Source of the DNA: Thermodesulfobacteriota bacterium
GTDB taxonomy: Bacteria > Desulfobacterota_D > UBA1144 > Nemesobacterales > N074bin48
Length of the DNA: 31,965 bases
Assembly: GCA_041572575.1 (NCBI GenBank)
Contig: JBFFSH010000026.1
Coordinates: 1-31,965 of the forward strand
Reading direction: 5' to 3'
Shown: piece after piece, positions 18,496 to 27,819 of the stretch
Layout of the letters: each line of letters starts with the position of its first letter
Numbering within the stretch: the stretch's first letter is position 1
Notes under the pieces: generated by a model
Told to the model about the DNA's origin: nothing
Seen by the model: the letters and a program-made list of their open reading frames with translations, nothing else
Database searches by the model: none
Made by a program: the position numbers and the translations under genes

Positions 18496-19152
18496 TTGAT
18501 TAATTTAGCACTTATCATAAAGTCCAACCTGCTGTATGAGCTGCTCGACAAAAAGCTCCGGCAGGAAAAGGAAATTTCGATTTCCGGTAGGGCAACAGGT
18601 GAAAACGAGCTATTTCAAATCCTCAGTGAAAATGAGATAGACGTGGTATTTATTGATTCAGCAGTTGCTGATCTTGATTACAAAGCCTTAATCGAGAAGC
18701 TCGATGAGATTAACTCCAGCCTGGGGTTAATTGTGCTGTTCCACAACAATGATATTGATCTATTCGTAAATGCAATACAATGCGGAATTGATGGATGTTT
18801 GAACATAAAATCCAGCTACGCAGATTTAGTTCAGTCAATCAAAACAGTTAAAGAAGGAGGCATCTGGGCAGACAATGAAATCCTGACCTCAGCGCTTAAG
18901 AGATTTATAAATAAAGGCGATAAAACCATTAAGTCGTTATCAAGCAACCTTACAAAAAGAGAGTATGAGGTTGCCGAACTGCTGTACCAGGGGCTTAGTA
19001 ATAAAGCTATAGCCACAAAATTGTATATAAGTGAAAAAACCGTAAAAACCCACATAAGTCATATATTCAGAAAACTGGGCATTAAGCACAGGTATGAACT
19101 GAATCCACAAATCCTGGAATCCTTTAAACAATTTAAGGGTATTAAGTCCTAG
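18496..19152 (+). CDS. NarL/LuxR-family response regulator with atypical receiver
   Basis: DVVFID receiver; LTKREYEVAELLYQGLSNKAIATKLYISEKTVKTHISHIFRKLG HTH. Confidence 0.92.
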   Translation: MINLALIIKSNLLYELLDKKLRQEKEISISGRATGENELFQILSENEIDVVFIDSAVADLDYKALIEKLDEINSSLGLIVLFHNNDIDLFVNAIQCGIDGCLNIKSSYADLVQSIKTVKEGGIWADNEILTSALKRFINKGDKTIKSLSSNLTKREYEVAELLYQGLSNKAIATKLYISEKTVKTHISHIFRKLGIKHRYELNPQILESFKQFKGIKS

Positions 19153-19264
19153 ACTGAAACCGATCGGCAACAAACATACTTCTTAAATTATCCAAAAGTC
19201 CCATAGTATAGCCCCGTAAAAACCTTACATTAAGCGCATATAACAGTTACGGGAGGTGCAAGGA

Positions 19265-19426
19265 ATGAAATTAATTTGCGTTTATTGCGGCAGCTTAAAA
19301 GAAAATGGTGTTGATACCATTTCTTATCATATATGTGATAAGTGTATAAAAACGCTTAAAGGCTCTGCAAAGAAAAAGAAACCTGATAAGAAAAAAAACA
19401 AACGGTCGAAGTTCTTTCTAAGTTAG
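19265..19426 (+). CDS. Small Zn-finger protein with Lys-rich tail (53 aa; absent from the ORF track)
   Basis: MKLICVYCGSLKENGVDTISYHICDKCIKTLKGSAKKKKPDKKKNKRSKFFLS; GGAGGT upstream. Confidence 0.72.
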   Translation: MKLICVYCGSLKENGVDTISYHICDKCIKTLKGSAKKKKPDKKKNKRSKFFLS

Positions 19427-19497
19427 AATAAATCATATTTTAAGTGGATCTTTGGTTGTTTTATTAGAACACAAATTTGCAGAGGTAAATAAAATAA

Positions 19498-20037
19498 TTG
19501 AGTACATTTTTGGATTTTAAGTTAATGTTTTTTGGTTTTTATAATATGAATATAGACAGGATAGTAATATCAGCCGTAGTTTTCCTAATGATGATTGCAC
19601 TTATCTATCTAATATTATTGATGGTGGGATCTTATGGAAGAATAAACAAGCTGCATGTTAAGAGAACAAAATATGTAATAAAATTGTTCAGTCTTTTCAT
19701 AATCATCTGCTATTTCATTTTTCTGCTGGTGCTATGGGGCATTAATTCCCAGGGGATCCTGGTACTTGCTTCTACAATTTTTACTGTGCTCGGAATTGCT
19801 CTTTTTGCTACATGGTCAGTACTGAGCAACATAGTCTCGAGCATAATAATATTTTTTGGATGTCCGTACAGAATCGGGGATTATGTAAAAATTGTAGACG
19901 GTGATAACACGCTCGAAGGCAAGATAACAGACATAAACTTCTACAATGTAATCTTGGAAGATATTAACGCAAACGTCATCACATTTCCAAATAATATTAT
20001 TTTGCAAAAGGCAGTTATAAAAAATAGTACCCAGTAA
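19498..20037 (+). CDS. Small MscS-family mechanosensitive channel protein (start may be 19546)
   Basis: GIALFATWSVLSNI, PYRIGDYVKI, GKITDI, FPNN. Confidence 0.88.
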   Translation: MSTFLDFKLMFFGFYNMNIDRIVISAVVFLMMIALIYLILLMVGSYGRINKLHVKRTKYVIKLFSLFIIICYFIFLLVLWGINSQGILVLASTIFTVLGIALFATWSVLSNIVSSIIIFFGCPYRIGDYVKIVDGDNTLEGKITDINFYNVILEDINANVITFPNNIILQKAVIKNSTQ

Positions 20038-20106
20038 ATTACTGCCCGTAATTACTAATGTTAAAAGCGTAGTAGAGAGTAAGATTAACTTACCGAATAG
20101 ATTTTT

Positions 20107-20195
20107 GTGGGAAGAGTTTGGGGTATTATGAAATTATATAATGACTCTTCCCACTTATGAGAGGTACTAAAGAGTAATAATATCACTCTTTAGTA
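20107..20195. terminator. Two tandem 11-bp-stem hairpins between convergent genes
   Basis: GTGGGAAGAGT/ACTCTTCCCAC (20107-20154) and TACTAAAGAGT/ACTCTTTAGTA (20165-20195). Confidence 0.55.
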
Positions 20196-20209
20196 TTAAA
20201 TTTTATTTA

Positions 20210-20437
20210 CTATCCTTCCTCAGCTGGCTGATCTTCACCTTCGTCTTCAGGATAATCTTCACCATCTTCAGGTTCTTCTTCAGGCTCCTCAGAAGGTGCA
20301 TCCTCATGCTCATCAAACTTGCCAGAATCAGAATATGCACTGCTTGTATCAGCACTTACATCTGTTACAAAAACATTTGATGCTGCACCGAATAACATCA
20401 TTGTAACCAACACAAAAAACAAAATGACTTTATTCAT
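20210..20437 (-). CDS. Small secreted hyper-acidic protein
   Basis: AAGGAGGT SD; signal peptide; E/D/P-rich tail. Confidence 0.8.
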   Translation of the reverse strand: MNKVILFFVLVTMMLFGAASNVFVTDVSADTSSAYSDSGKFDEHEDAPSEEPEEEPEDGEDYPEDEGEDQPAEEG

Positions 20438-20626
20438 AAGTCATTTTACCTCCTTGTAAATTTTACAATAAAATAATTCTTTTTGAAGCTGTGTACAATA
20501 GTACCGGAGTGGTAATTTGGGTGTAGAAATTTAGTGAAAAATATAAGACCTGGTATTAATACCAAATTTAAATCTATTGTCAGATTTCATTAATATTTAT
20601 TTTTAAGGTTAAAAATAATCTGCAAT

Positions 20627-21544
20627 TTAGTTGCCACTAATACCAGCATAAACAATAGAAAGAAACTTATCTCTTTTTAAAAACCCCTGTCCGAATCTCT
20701 GTTCATGGTTCTTTAGCAGATCCGAATCCAGAAGTTCCTGAAGGGTTTTACCCTCTTTTACAAATTTCTCTGTGCCTGATTTTGCGTCTCTTAACATATC
20801 CAGATATATGCCAAGCTCCTGTTTATTAGAAAGATTTCCATGACCGGGAATAATTTTCGTATCATCGTCGATCATGGCAAACACTTTTTGCAGACCTGCA
20901 ACAACACCCGTAATCCCTCCCCCTGATGAATAATCAATAAATGGATACTTCCCCGCAAAATAGGTGTCACCCATGTGAATGACATTAGAATTTTTAAAGT
21001 AGATAACGGCATTACCGTCAGTGTGTGCGTTTTGAATATGTATAACCTCGATCTCTTCACCATTTATATGGAATTTTATATCGGATGAAAAAGTAACAAC
21101 CGGCAGTGCTTCTTTTGGTGAAGGCAGAACCTTTTTGTTAAATGCCTTTACAAACTGCTCGGTGTTCATTCTCTTTCTGGTATTTTCATGAGCTACTATA
21201 ATAGTGCCTGCCCTGGCAAAATTTTCATTACCCTCAGAGTGGTCTCTGTGCCAGTGGGTGTTTATTACAAACCTTATAGGTCTATCGGAAATATTCGAGA
21301 TTGCGGTTTTTATTTTATCACTAAGCGGAGCAAACTGGTCATCAATCATAAGCACTCCATCCTCGCCCGCTATTACTCCTATATTCCCACCCCTTCCCTG
21401 AAGCATATATACGTTGTCTGTTATTTTAATTGTTTTTATTACTACGCTCTCAAATTCATCTGCATAAGAGATAAAAGCATTTGGAACAACAACCATCAAT
21501 AATATAAGTCCTAAAATGATTTTGTTTGCCATTATTAACTCCAT
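20627..21544 (-). CDS. Secreted MBL-fold hydrolase (cyclase-like)
   Basis: Signal peptide; GGNIGV, IDDQFAP, NTHWHRDHSEGN, AHTDG, HMGD, IPGHG. Confidence 0.92.
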   Translation of the reverse strand: MELIMANKIILGLILLMVVVPNAFISYADEFESVVIKTIKITDNVYMLQGRGGNIGVIAGEDGVLMIDDQFAPLSDKIKTAISNISDRPIRFVINTHWHRDHSEGNENFARAGTIIVAHENTRKRMNTEQFVKAFNKKVLPSPKEALPVVTFSSDIKFHINGEEIEVIHIQNAHTDGNAVIYFKNSNVIHMGDTYFAGKYPFIDYSSGGGITGVVAGLQKVFAMIDDDTKIIPGHGNLSNKQELGIYLDMLRDAKSGTEKFVKEGKTLQELLDSDLLKNHEQRFGQGFLKRDKFLSIVYAGISGN

Positions 21545-22248
21545 TATTTATTTAGTTTCTTATCAATATACCCTGTCCCACCCAGATTTTTCATCTGCTT
21601 AATAATCCAGGTGGTCTTCTTTTTCCTGTAATCCGAGTAAACTTTTTTATGATACTCCCTGGGATTAGGAAGAAGAGACGCCAGGTGTGCCGCTTCTCTC
21701 TGGTTTAGCTTGCTTGCTGATTTGCCGAAATAATGATTCGATGCGGCTTCTACCCCGTAATAACCGCTACCCAATTCTGCTACGTTTAAATAGACCTCAA
21801 GAATTCTTTTTTTACCCCATAAAATTTCAATAAGAACCGTAAAGTAAGATTCAAATCCCTTACGAAGCCAGCTGCGTACAGGAAGAAGAAACACATTTTT
21901 TGCAGTCTGCTGGCTTATGGTGCTTGCCCCCCTGAAGCTTCCCTTTTTTTCATAGTCTAATATAGATTTATTGATCTGGTTAAAATCAAACCCCCAGTGA
22001 CTGAAATAGCTCTGATCCTCTGCTGCAACGACAGCAAGTATGGTGTTCTGGGATATATGATCCAGATTTATCCAGCTTTTTTCTATGACTTTTTCATCCC
22101 TATCATCCTGAATATATCTTGCAAGCATTAAAGGAGTAAAAGGAGGATTGATATATCTATAAACAGCCGTCCAAACAAATGTGGATGCAAAGAATAATAA
22201 AACTGACCATTTTACAATCTTCTTTAATTTCTTAATCAGATTTTTCAT
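21544..22248 (-). CDS. mtgA: Monofunctional peptidoglycan transglycosylase
   Basis: AAEDQ, HWGFD, RGASTISQQTAKNVFL, RKGFE, KKRILEVYLN; no transpeptidase domain. Confidence 0.95.
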   Translation of the reverse strand: MKNLIKKLKKIVKWSVLLFFASTFVWTAVYRYINPPFTPLMLARYIQDDRDEKVIEKSWINLDHISQNTILAVVAAEDQSYFSHWGFDFNQINKSILDYEKKGSFRGASTISQQTAKNVFLLPVRSWLRKGFESYFTVLIEILWGKKRILEVYLNVAELGSGYYGVEAASNHYFGKSASKLNQREAAHLASLLPNPREYHKKVYSDYRKKKTTWIIKQMKNLGGTGYIDKKLNK

Positions 22249-22468
22249 TTATCAAACAGAACTCATAAATATTGATTAAACTATAATCAGAATGTATAAA
22301 TATTAGTCAATAATTATGCATAATCTAGCTAAATAATGAGATATTGTACGGTATAATAATTGCATAACACTATAGTTCAATATTTAGCGTGCAGAATAAC
22401 GATAATAAGTTCAAATAGACCGTTAATTTGATATAATTAATCACTGAACATTAGTTGGAGACAAAATA

Positions 22469-24628
22469 ATGCAGGAATATAAGAATAAAACAATGAAGCA
22501 GATCAAAAAGGATCTGCCTGTAGAAGTAAGAGAAGAGCTGGACGAATTTGATAAAAAAGTCCGTGATTATGAGATGGGGCTTATTGGAGAGATCAAGTTT
22601 CAGAAGATTAGACTCCAGCTGGGTGTATATGCCCAGAGGCAGGAAGGGTATCAGATGCAGAGAATCAAGATTCCCTATGGCGGGCTTAACTCCAATCAGC
22701 TCAGAAGACTTGCCGATGTAGCTGACAAATATGCTAACAACTTCCTGCACCTCACAACAAGGCAGGACGTACAGATCTATTATTTAAACATAAAGCAGGT
22801 TCCAAACATGATGAGAGAGCTTGCCGATGTGGGAATCACAACCAGAGAAGCTTGCGGAAACACTGTAAGAAACGTATCTGCTTGCCATATATCAGGAGTA
22901 TCTCCAACAGAGTCATTTGATGTTACTCCATACGCAGAAGCATTTAAAAACTTTTTACTAAGAAACCCAATCTGTCAGAACATGGGCAGGAAATTCAAAG
23001 TATGTTTTGAGGGTTGTCATGACACAGACCACGCGGGAATAAGAATTCATGATATTGGTTTTCAGGCAAGAATAAAAGAGGTAGACAGAAAGCAAAGAAG
23101 AGGTTTTGAGATTTGGGTTGGCGGCGGCCTGGGGGCTTCGCCATCGCTTGGGCACCTGTGGACAGAGTTTATGCCTGTTGAGGAAATGATTCCATTTTCA
23201 GCAGCAATAATAAGAATTTTTGACCGTCATGGTGAGAGAAAAGTAAGAATGAAAGCCAGGATGAAGTTTTTAATCCGCAAACTGGGTATGGATGAATTTA
23301 GAAAGCTGGTTGAAGCAGAAATGGCGCAGCTTAAGATTGACCCATCATGGAATGATTATTTAAATGATATTCCCGGGCAGGAGACCGCACCTGAATTCAG
23401 TCATGATATACCTGCAGCTCCAGAAGGTACTGAAGACAACCCGGAATACAAACACTGGCTTGCCACAAATGTTGTCCCACATAGAACAGACGATTTTAAG
23501 ATGGTACATATAAGAGTTAAGCTTGGAGATATATCTGCTGAGAATGCAAGAAGGCTTGCTGAGATTACCGAGGTTTTTTCAGACAGCACCATAAGAATTT
23601 CCATCCTGCAGAATTTCATGCTCAGGTGGGTTCCGACATCAGCCCTGCCGTCTCTTTATAATGCACTAAAACAATTAGACCTTGCAGCAGCTGGAGCAAA
23701 CGGTTTCGAAGACATCACAGCATGCCCCGGAGCCGACACATGCAGACTGGGAATTACCTCTGCAAAAGGGCTATCTAATAAACTAAATAAAAGCATGACA
23801 AACGGTCTTGGGAAATATGCCGATGTTACAAAAGATCTGAAAATAAAAATCTCAGGCTGCCCTAACTCGTGCGCACAGCATGTAGTCGCAAATATTGGTT
23901 TTCAGGGTGCAGCAATTTCCAATCAGGGCAGATCAGTGCCGGCAGAGATGGTTTTTCTTGGCGGAGCACTAAAGGGAGAAAACACCACGCTTGCCATGCC
24001 TATAGGAAAGGTTCCAACTAGAAACGCTCCTAAACTTGTAGAAAGACTTTTAGAAATTTACAAAAGTGAGAAGAACGAAGGTGAAGATTTTGATGATGTA
24101 ATGAGAAGGCTCGGAGCCAAAGAATTAAAACCAGTGTTAAAGGAGTACGGCGATATTCCTTCATACGAAGACGATCCCGACTTTTATAAAGACTGGGGTC
24201 ATGAGCACGAAAAGTTTGAGGTACAGCAGGGAGTAAAAGGCGAGTGTGCCGGAGCTACGGTAGAAGAAAAAGTTCCAACGCTCGGTGAGGCACAGTATCA
24301 TATTGAGCAGGCAGAGGCTCTTCTATCACACGGAGAGTTTGAGGCTAGTATGAATGAGGCATTCCTTGCATGCTCAGCTAGCGCCCATGTGCCGCTATAC
24401 ACAAAACTTGTTGATCCGTTCACTCCGGAGCAGACCCTGTGGGAATTTGAAAATCTTCTTGTAAGAACCGGTGAAGCAGACAGCAAATGGCTTAACATTG
24501 CCGAGAGACTTGCAGATGAAAGGTCTCAGGAAGCTGAAGAAGAACAGGCTGTAGAAATGCTGGACATTGCAAAAGAGTTCTATTCCGAATGTGAATATGT
24601 TCAGGAACAGCTGACGGCTGGAAGTTAA
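22469..24628 (+). CDS. Siroheme/4Fe-4S nitrite or sulfite reductase (ferredoxin-type) with C-terminal extension
   Basis: HLTTRQDVQ, EACGNTVRN, RKFK, CPGADTC, ISGCPNSCAQH. Confidence 0.92.
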   Translation: MQEYKNKTMKQIKKDLPVEVREELDEFDKKVRDYEMGLIGEIKFQKIRLQLGVYAQRQEGYQMQRIKIPYGGLNSNQLRRLADVADKYANNFLHLTTRQDVQIYYLNIKQVPNMMRELADVGITTREACGNTVRNVSACHISGVSPTESFDVTPYAEAFKNFLLRNPICQNMGRKFKVCFEGCHDTDHAGIRIHDIGFQARIKEVDRKQRRGFEIWVGGGLGASPSLGHLWTEFMPVEEMIPFSAAIIRIFDRHGERKVRMKARMKFLIRKLGMDEFRKLVEAEMAQLKIDPSWNDYLNDIPGQETAPEFSHDIPAAPEGTEDNPEYKHWLATNVVPHRTDDFKMVHIRVKLGDISAENARRLAEITEVFSDSTIRISILQNFMLRWVPTSALPSLYNALKQLDLAAAGANGFEDITACPGADTCRLGITSAKGLSNKLNKSMTNGLGKYADVTKDLKIKISGCPNSCAQHVVANIGFQGAAISNQGRSVPAEMVFLGGALKGENTTLAMPIGKVPTRNAPKLVERLLEIYKSEKNEGEDFDDVMRRLGAKELKPVLKEYGDIPSYEDDPDFYKDWGHEHEKFEVQQGVKGECAGATVEEKVPTLGEAQYHIEQAEALLSHGEFEASMNEAFLACSASAHVPLYTKLVDPFTPEQTLWEFENLLVRTGEADSKWLNIAERLADERSQEAEEEQAVEMLDIAKEFYSECEYVQEQLTAGS

Positions 24629-24652
24629 CTAATAAAAAATATTATAGAATAC

Positions 24653-24687
24653 AGAGCCTCGTCAGAATATTCGGCGGGGCTTTTCTT
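24653..24687 (+). terminator. Intrinsic terminator
   Basis: AGAGCCTCGTC-loop-GGCGGGGCTTT followed by a T-run. Confidence 0.7.
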
Positions 24688-25262
24688 TATGAAGTTTCTT
24701 TGAGAAGTTCTTTTATAAAGCCTTCAACAGGCTCAGTTTTAAAACCGCCAAAGTATTTGAATCTGACAATTCCTTTTTTATCTATAATTGCAATACACGG
24801 GGTACCGCCGGTTCTGTATTTGGCCATCGTAACAGGGGTATGCCTGCCCTCAATGTGTTTATCAACAGCAACCGGATGAGTAATTTCTTTTTCCTTTATA
24901 AAATATTTCAGCCTTTCATTATCCTGATATTCATGCCCCTCAAACACAGTGTGTACGCTTATAAATTTCACATCTGACTCCGAGCTGAATGTTTCATCCC
25001 TCCACCTGTTCATAAGAGGAATAGAAAACTTATTACAGCCCGGACACCAGAGCTGAAAGAATTCTATAATAACCACATTACCCCTAATCTCATCGAGACT
25101 TATTGCCGAGCTGTTAAACCAGACTTCAGTTTCTAAGGACGGAGCTTTTTTGCCAATTAGCGGGTCTTTTAACTTAAAGGGATTTAAATCAGCCGAACCC
25201 GCATGCAAAGCAGTGCTCAGAAAAAACCCCAAAACTATCACACCTGATCTTATATTCTTCAT
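24687..25262 (-). CDS. Exported TlpA/redoxin-family thioredoxin-fold protein
   Basis: Signal peptide; GKKAP, FFQLWCPGC, cis-Pro motif GTP. Confidence 0.9.
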   Translation of the reverse strand: MKNIRSGVIVLGFFLSTALHAGSADLNPFKLKDPLIGKKAPSLETEVWFNSSAISLDEIRGNVVIIEFFQLWCPGCNKFSIPLMNRWRDETFSSESDVKFISVHTVFEGHEYQDNERLKYFIKEKEITHPVAVDKHIEGRHTPVTMAKYRTGGTPCIAIIDKKGIVRFKYFGGFKTEPVEGFIKELLKETS

Positions 25263-25439
25263 ATCATCACCATTTTAATATTTAGAATATAAGATTCTAC
25301 AAATTAAAATTGGGTTCATAAATCCTACTTCAATTTAATCGTACCACCCGGGCCTCCGTCTCCGCCATGCTTTGACATATAGAGTTCATAGAGATCCTTT
25401 CCATTTCCATAAAGATCGAGCATGGAGTATAAAGTTTCA

Positions 25440-25718
25440 TTATTTGTCAGTGTGACCAAGATTTTTATCCGGAGCAACATGATCCCGCACAATCCGTTTT
25501 AACTCTTTTATATCGAAAAACCCGTCCTGATTTTTTCTATCCCACAGGATTTTATTTTCAGAGCGGATTTGAAAAATACCCCCCGTGCCCGGAATAAGCG
25601 AAACTTCGCCCAATTCTGCCTCAAAGGTAGTAAGCAGTTCCTGTGCAATCCAGGCTGCCCGTATTAGCCACCTGCACTGAGTGCAGTATTCGATCTGGAT
25701 TTTGTATTTATGAGACAT
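25440..25718 (-). CDS. Rdx (SelT/SelW/SelH) family protein, Cys form
   Basis: IEYCTQCRWLIRAAWIAQELLTTF, GGIFQI, LWDRK, VRDHVAPDKNLGH. Confidence 0.93.
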   Translation of the reverse strand: MSHKYKIQIEYCTQCRWLIRAAWIAQELLTTFEAELGEVSLIPGTGGIFQIRSENKILWDRKNQDGFFDIKELKRIVRDHVAPDKNLGHTDK

Positions 25719-25809
25719 ATTAATTTTTTAAATTAAGTATTTTTATGCTTTAATTTTATACAAGAAACTTATACAATTAAAATAGATCATATCATTATGG
25801 GGGTGTATT

Positions 25810-26232
25810 ATGAAACACATAATATTTTGTGGGTTATTGATATCGATTATGTCTTTTCCAATATATGCCGGGCAAGACACAAAAGGTTTCAAGGTAGATG
25901 TTGTTCTCAATTCCACAGCAACAATGTCAGGCCATCCTCTGAGTGTTCCAAGCGGGGATAATATCAAAATTGAGGCCCATGTGGTACAAATTGCGCCAAA
26001 ATCTGAGATCGGAAAACACAGCCACCCGTATCCGGTGCTGACATATGTAATAAGCGGCAGTATGGAAGTGGAAAATGAAGACGGATCCAAGCAGACTTTT
26101 AGCGCAGGTCAGTCATTTATAGAGGATGCGAATACATGGGTTATAAACAGGAACAACAGTAATGAGCCGGTCAAGTTCCTTGCAGTTCTCTATGCCCAAA
26201 AAGATCAGCAAACCGTTATGCTAAAAGAATAA
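25810..26232 (+). CDS. Secreted cupin domain protein
   Basis: Signal peptide; HSHPYP, YVISG, FSAGQSFIE. Confidence 0.88.
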   Translation: MKHIIFCGLLISIMSFPIYAGQDTKGFKVDVVLNSTATMSGHPLSVPSGDNIKIEAHVVQIAPKSEIGKHSHPYPVLTYVISGSMEVENEDGSKQTFSAGQSFIEDANTWVINRNNSNEPVKFLAVLYAQKDQQTVMLKE

Positions 26233-26285
26233 CGAGTTGCTGAATTTTTAATATCCCGTTTTTGTATATTAATCAATATCTACCC

Positions 26286-26330
26286 ATAGCAATATTATTG
26301 CTATCATTTTAATATAAAAAATAGTATAAT
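26286..26330 (+). promoter_or_regulatory. 19-bp palindromic operator and -10 box
   Basis: ATAGCAATA-T-TATTGCTAT (26286-26304); TATAAT at 26325-26330. Confidence 0.6.
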
Positions 26331-26336
26331 ATAGAT

Positions 26337-26443
26337 GTAGTAAGGTTTGCATGGGGCAGGTATAAGGGAATGCAAGAAAAGCGACTGTTTCTTTTGGTTT
26401 AGAAAGAAACCCTCCAAAAAGCCGAGATCAGCTCGGCTTTTTT
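26337..26443 (+). ncRNA. Candidate sRNA or terminated leader upstream of nhaA
   Basis: Lies between a TATAAT and a strong terminator; internal stems; CCCTCC just before the terminator. Confidence 0.45.
26416..26443 (+). terminator. Intrinsic terminator (bidirectional form)
   Basis: AAAAA-GCCGAG-ATCAG-CTCGGC-TTTTTT. Confidence 0.85.
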
Positions 26444-26541
26444 ATTATAAAGCTAATATCTACACCTATAAATTTTCAGGCTATACTGATGAAGATATAT
26501 TTTGTATGTAATTGAACTCTTGATCGTAATTATTTTTTCAA

Positions 26542-27726
26542 ATGCTTAAAAATAAAAATAAATTTATAAGAACATTTTTTAAGATGGAATCTGCAGGCGG
26601 GATACTGCTGATGATCTCATCGCTTTTAGCCATTATATTTGCAAACACCCCACTGCTTACCTACTATGAATTGCTGCTATCGACTCCTGTAGAGGTTGCA
26701 GTTGGTTCACTACAAATTGCAAAACCTCTGCTACTGTGGATAAACGATGGGCTAATGGCCATATTCTTTTTTCTTGTAGGACTGGAACTAAAAAGAGAAT
26801 TAACTGAGGGAGAATTATCAGATAAAAGAAGTATCATACTTCCCGGTGTGGGAGCTGTCGGTGGTATGCTTGCCCCCGCACTTGTCTATCTATATTTTAA
26901 CTACAGCGATCCAGTGGCACTCAAGGGCTGGGCCATACCGGCTGCCACAGACATAGCATTTGCACTCGGCGTATTAGCTTTACTTGGCTCAAGAGTACCA
27001 ATTTCTATTAAAATATTTTTGACTTCACTTGCAATATTTGATGATCTTGGAGCAATACTGATAATAGCTTTTTTCTATACATCAAAAATCTCGCTTACTG
27101 CCCTTATTATTGTCGCCATTTGCATACCGATATTGATTGTGCTTAATAAACGCAATGTGATATCCAACAGCCCATATATTTTAATAGGAATTATTATGTG
27201 GATTGCAATGCTTAAATCAGGAGTTCATGCCACGCTTGCCGGGGTCTTGATGGCAATGTTTATTCCCATGAGATCGAAGACTGATCCCGAATTTTCTCCA
27301 CTTAAAACCATCGAGCATGATCTGCATTCTATTGTAGCCTTTTTTGTACTGCCTGTGTTTGCATTTGCAAATGCGGGTATCAGTTTTAGTGATATAGAGT
27401 CTCATCAGATACTGCACGGTGTGCCGCTAGGAATAGCATTTGGACTATTTTTTGGAAAGCAGATCGGAATATTCGGACTTTGCTGGATTTTTATAAAACT
27501 AAGAATAACAAGTCTGCCCGCTGGCATGAACTGGAAGAGCCTCTACGGTACTGCTGCTCTCTGCGGTATAGGATTTACAATGAGTTTATTTATTAGTTCC
27601 CTGGCATTTGAAGAAACCGGCGTCAACTTACTATTCGATGAGAGAATTGGCATTATTTTAGGCTCGTTGACTTCGGGTATTTTAGGATATGCAGTTCTTA
27701 GGAAGAGTTTGAGTTCCAACAAATAA
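26542..27726 (+). CDS. nhaA: Na+/H+ antiporter NhaA
   Basis: [54 protein letters not shown]. Confidence 0.97.
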   Translation: MLKNKNKFIRTFFKMESAGGILLMISSLLAIIFANTPLLTYYELLLSTPVEVAVGSLQIAKPLLLWINDGLMAIFFFLVGLELKRELTEGELSDKRSIILPGVGAVGGMLAPALVYLYFNYSDPVALKGWAIPAATDIAFALGVLALLGSRVPISIKIFLTSLAIFDDLGAILIIAFFYTSKISLTALIIVAICIPILIVLNKRNVISNSPYILIGIIMWIAMLKSGVHATLAGVLMAMFIPMRSKTDPEFSPLKTIEHDLHSIVAFFVLPVFAFANAGISFSDIESHQILHGVPLGIAFGLFFGKQIGIFGLCWIFIKLRITSLPAGMNWKSLYGTAALCGIGFTMSLFISSLAFEETGVNLLFDERIGIILGSLTSGILGYAVLRKSLSSNK

Positions 27727-27819
27727 ACTCATCCAACAGATATAGAGTCTAGCAGCAGATCTCTAATATTATTTCCAATAATACTTTATTTGTTTATCTA
27801 AGTATTTAATATATTAATA

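Noticed and set aside
25437..25718. Selenocysteine recoding in the Rdx protein
   Set aside because: The motif is CTQC with Cys codons; the TGA lies after the TAA stop
26227..26260. attC-like start (GAATAAC) after the cupin gene
   Set aside because: No complementary closing arm
26370..26402. Leader peptide MQEKRLFLLV
   Set aside because: Poorly spaced SD and no clear amino-acid logic for nhaA
26337..26443. Canonical nhaA-I riboswitch call
   Set aside because: GCAGGT is present, but I do not see the other conserved 3' segment as I recall it; needs cmscan
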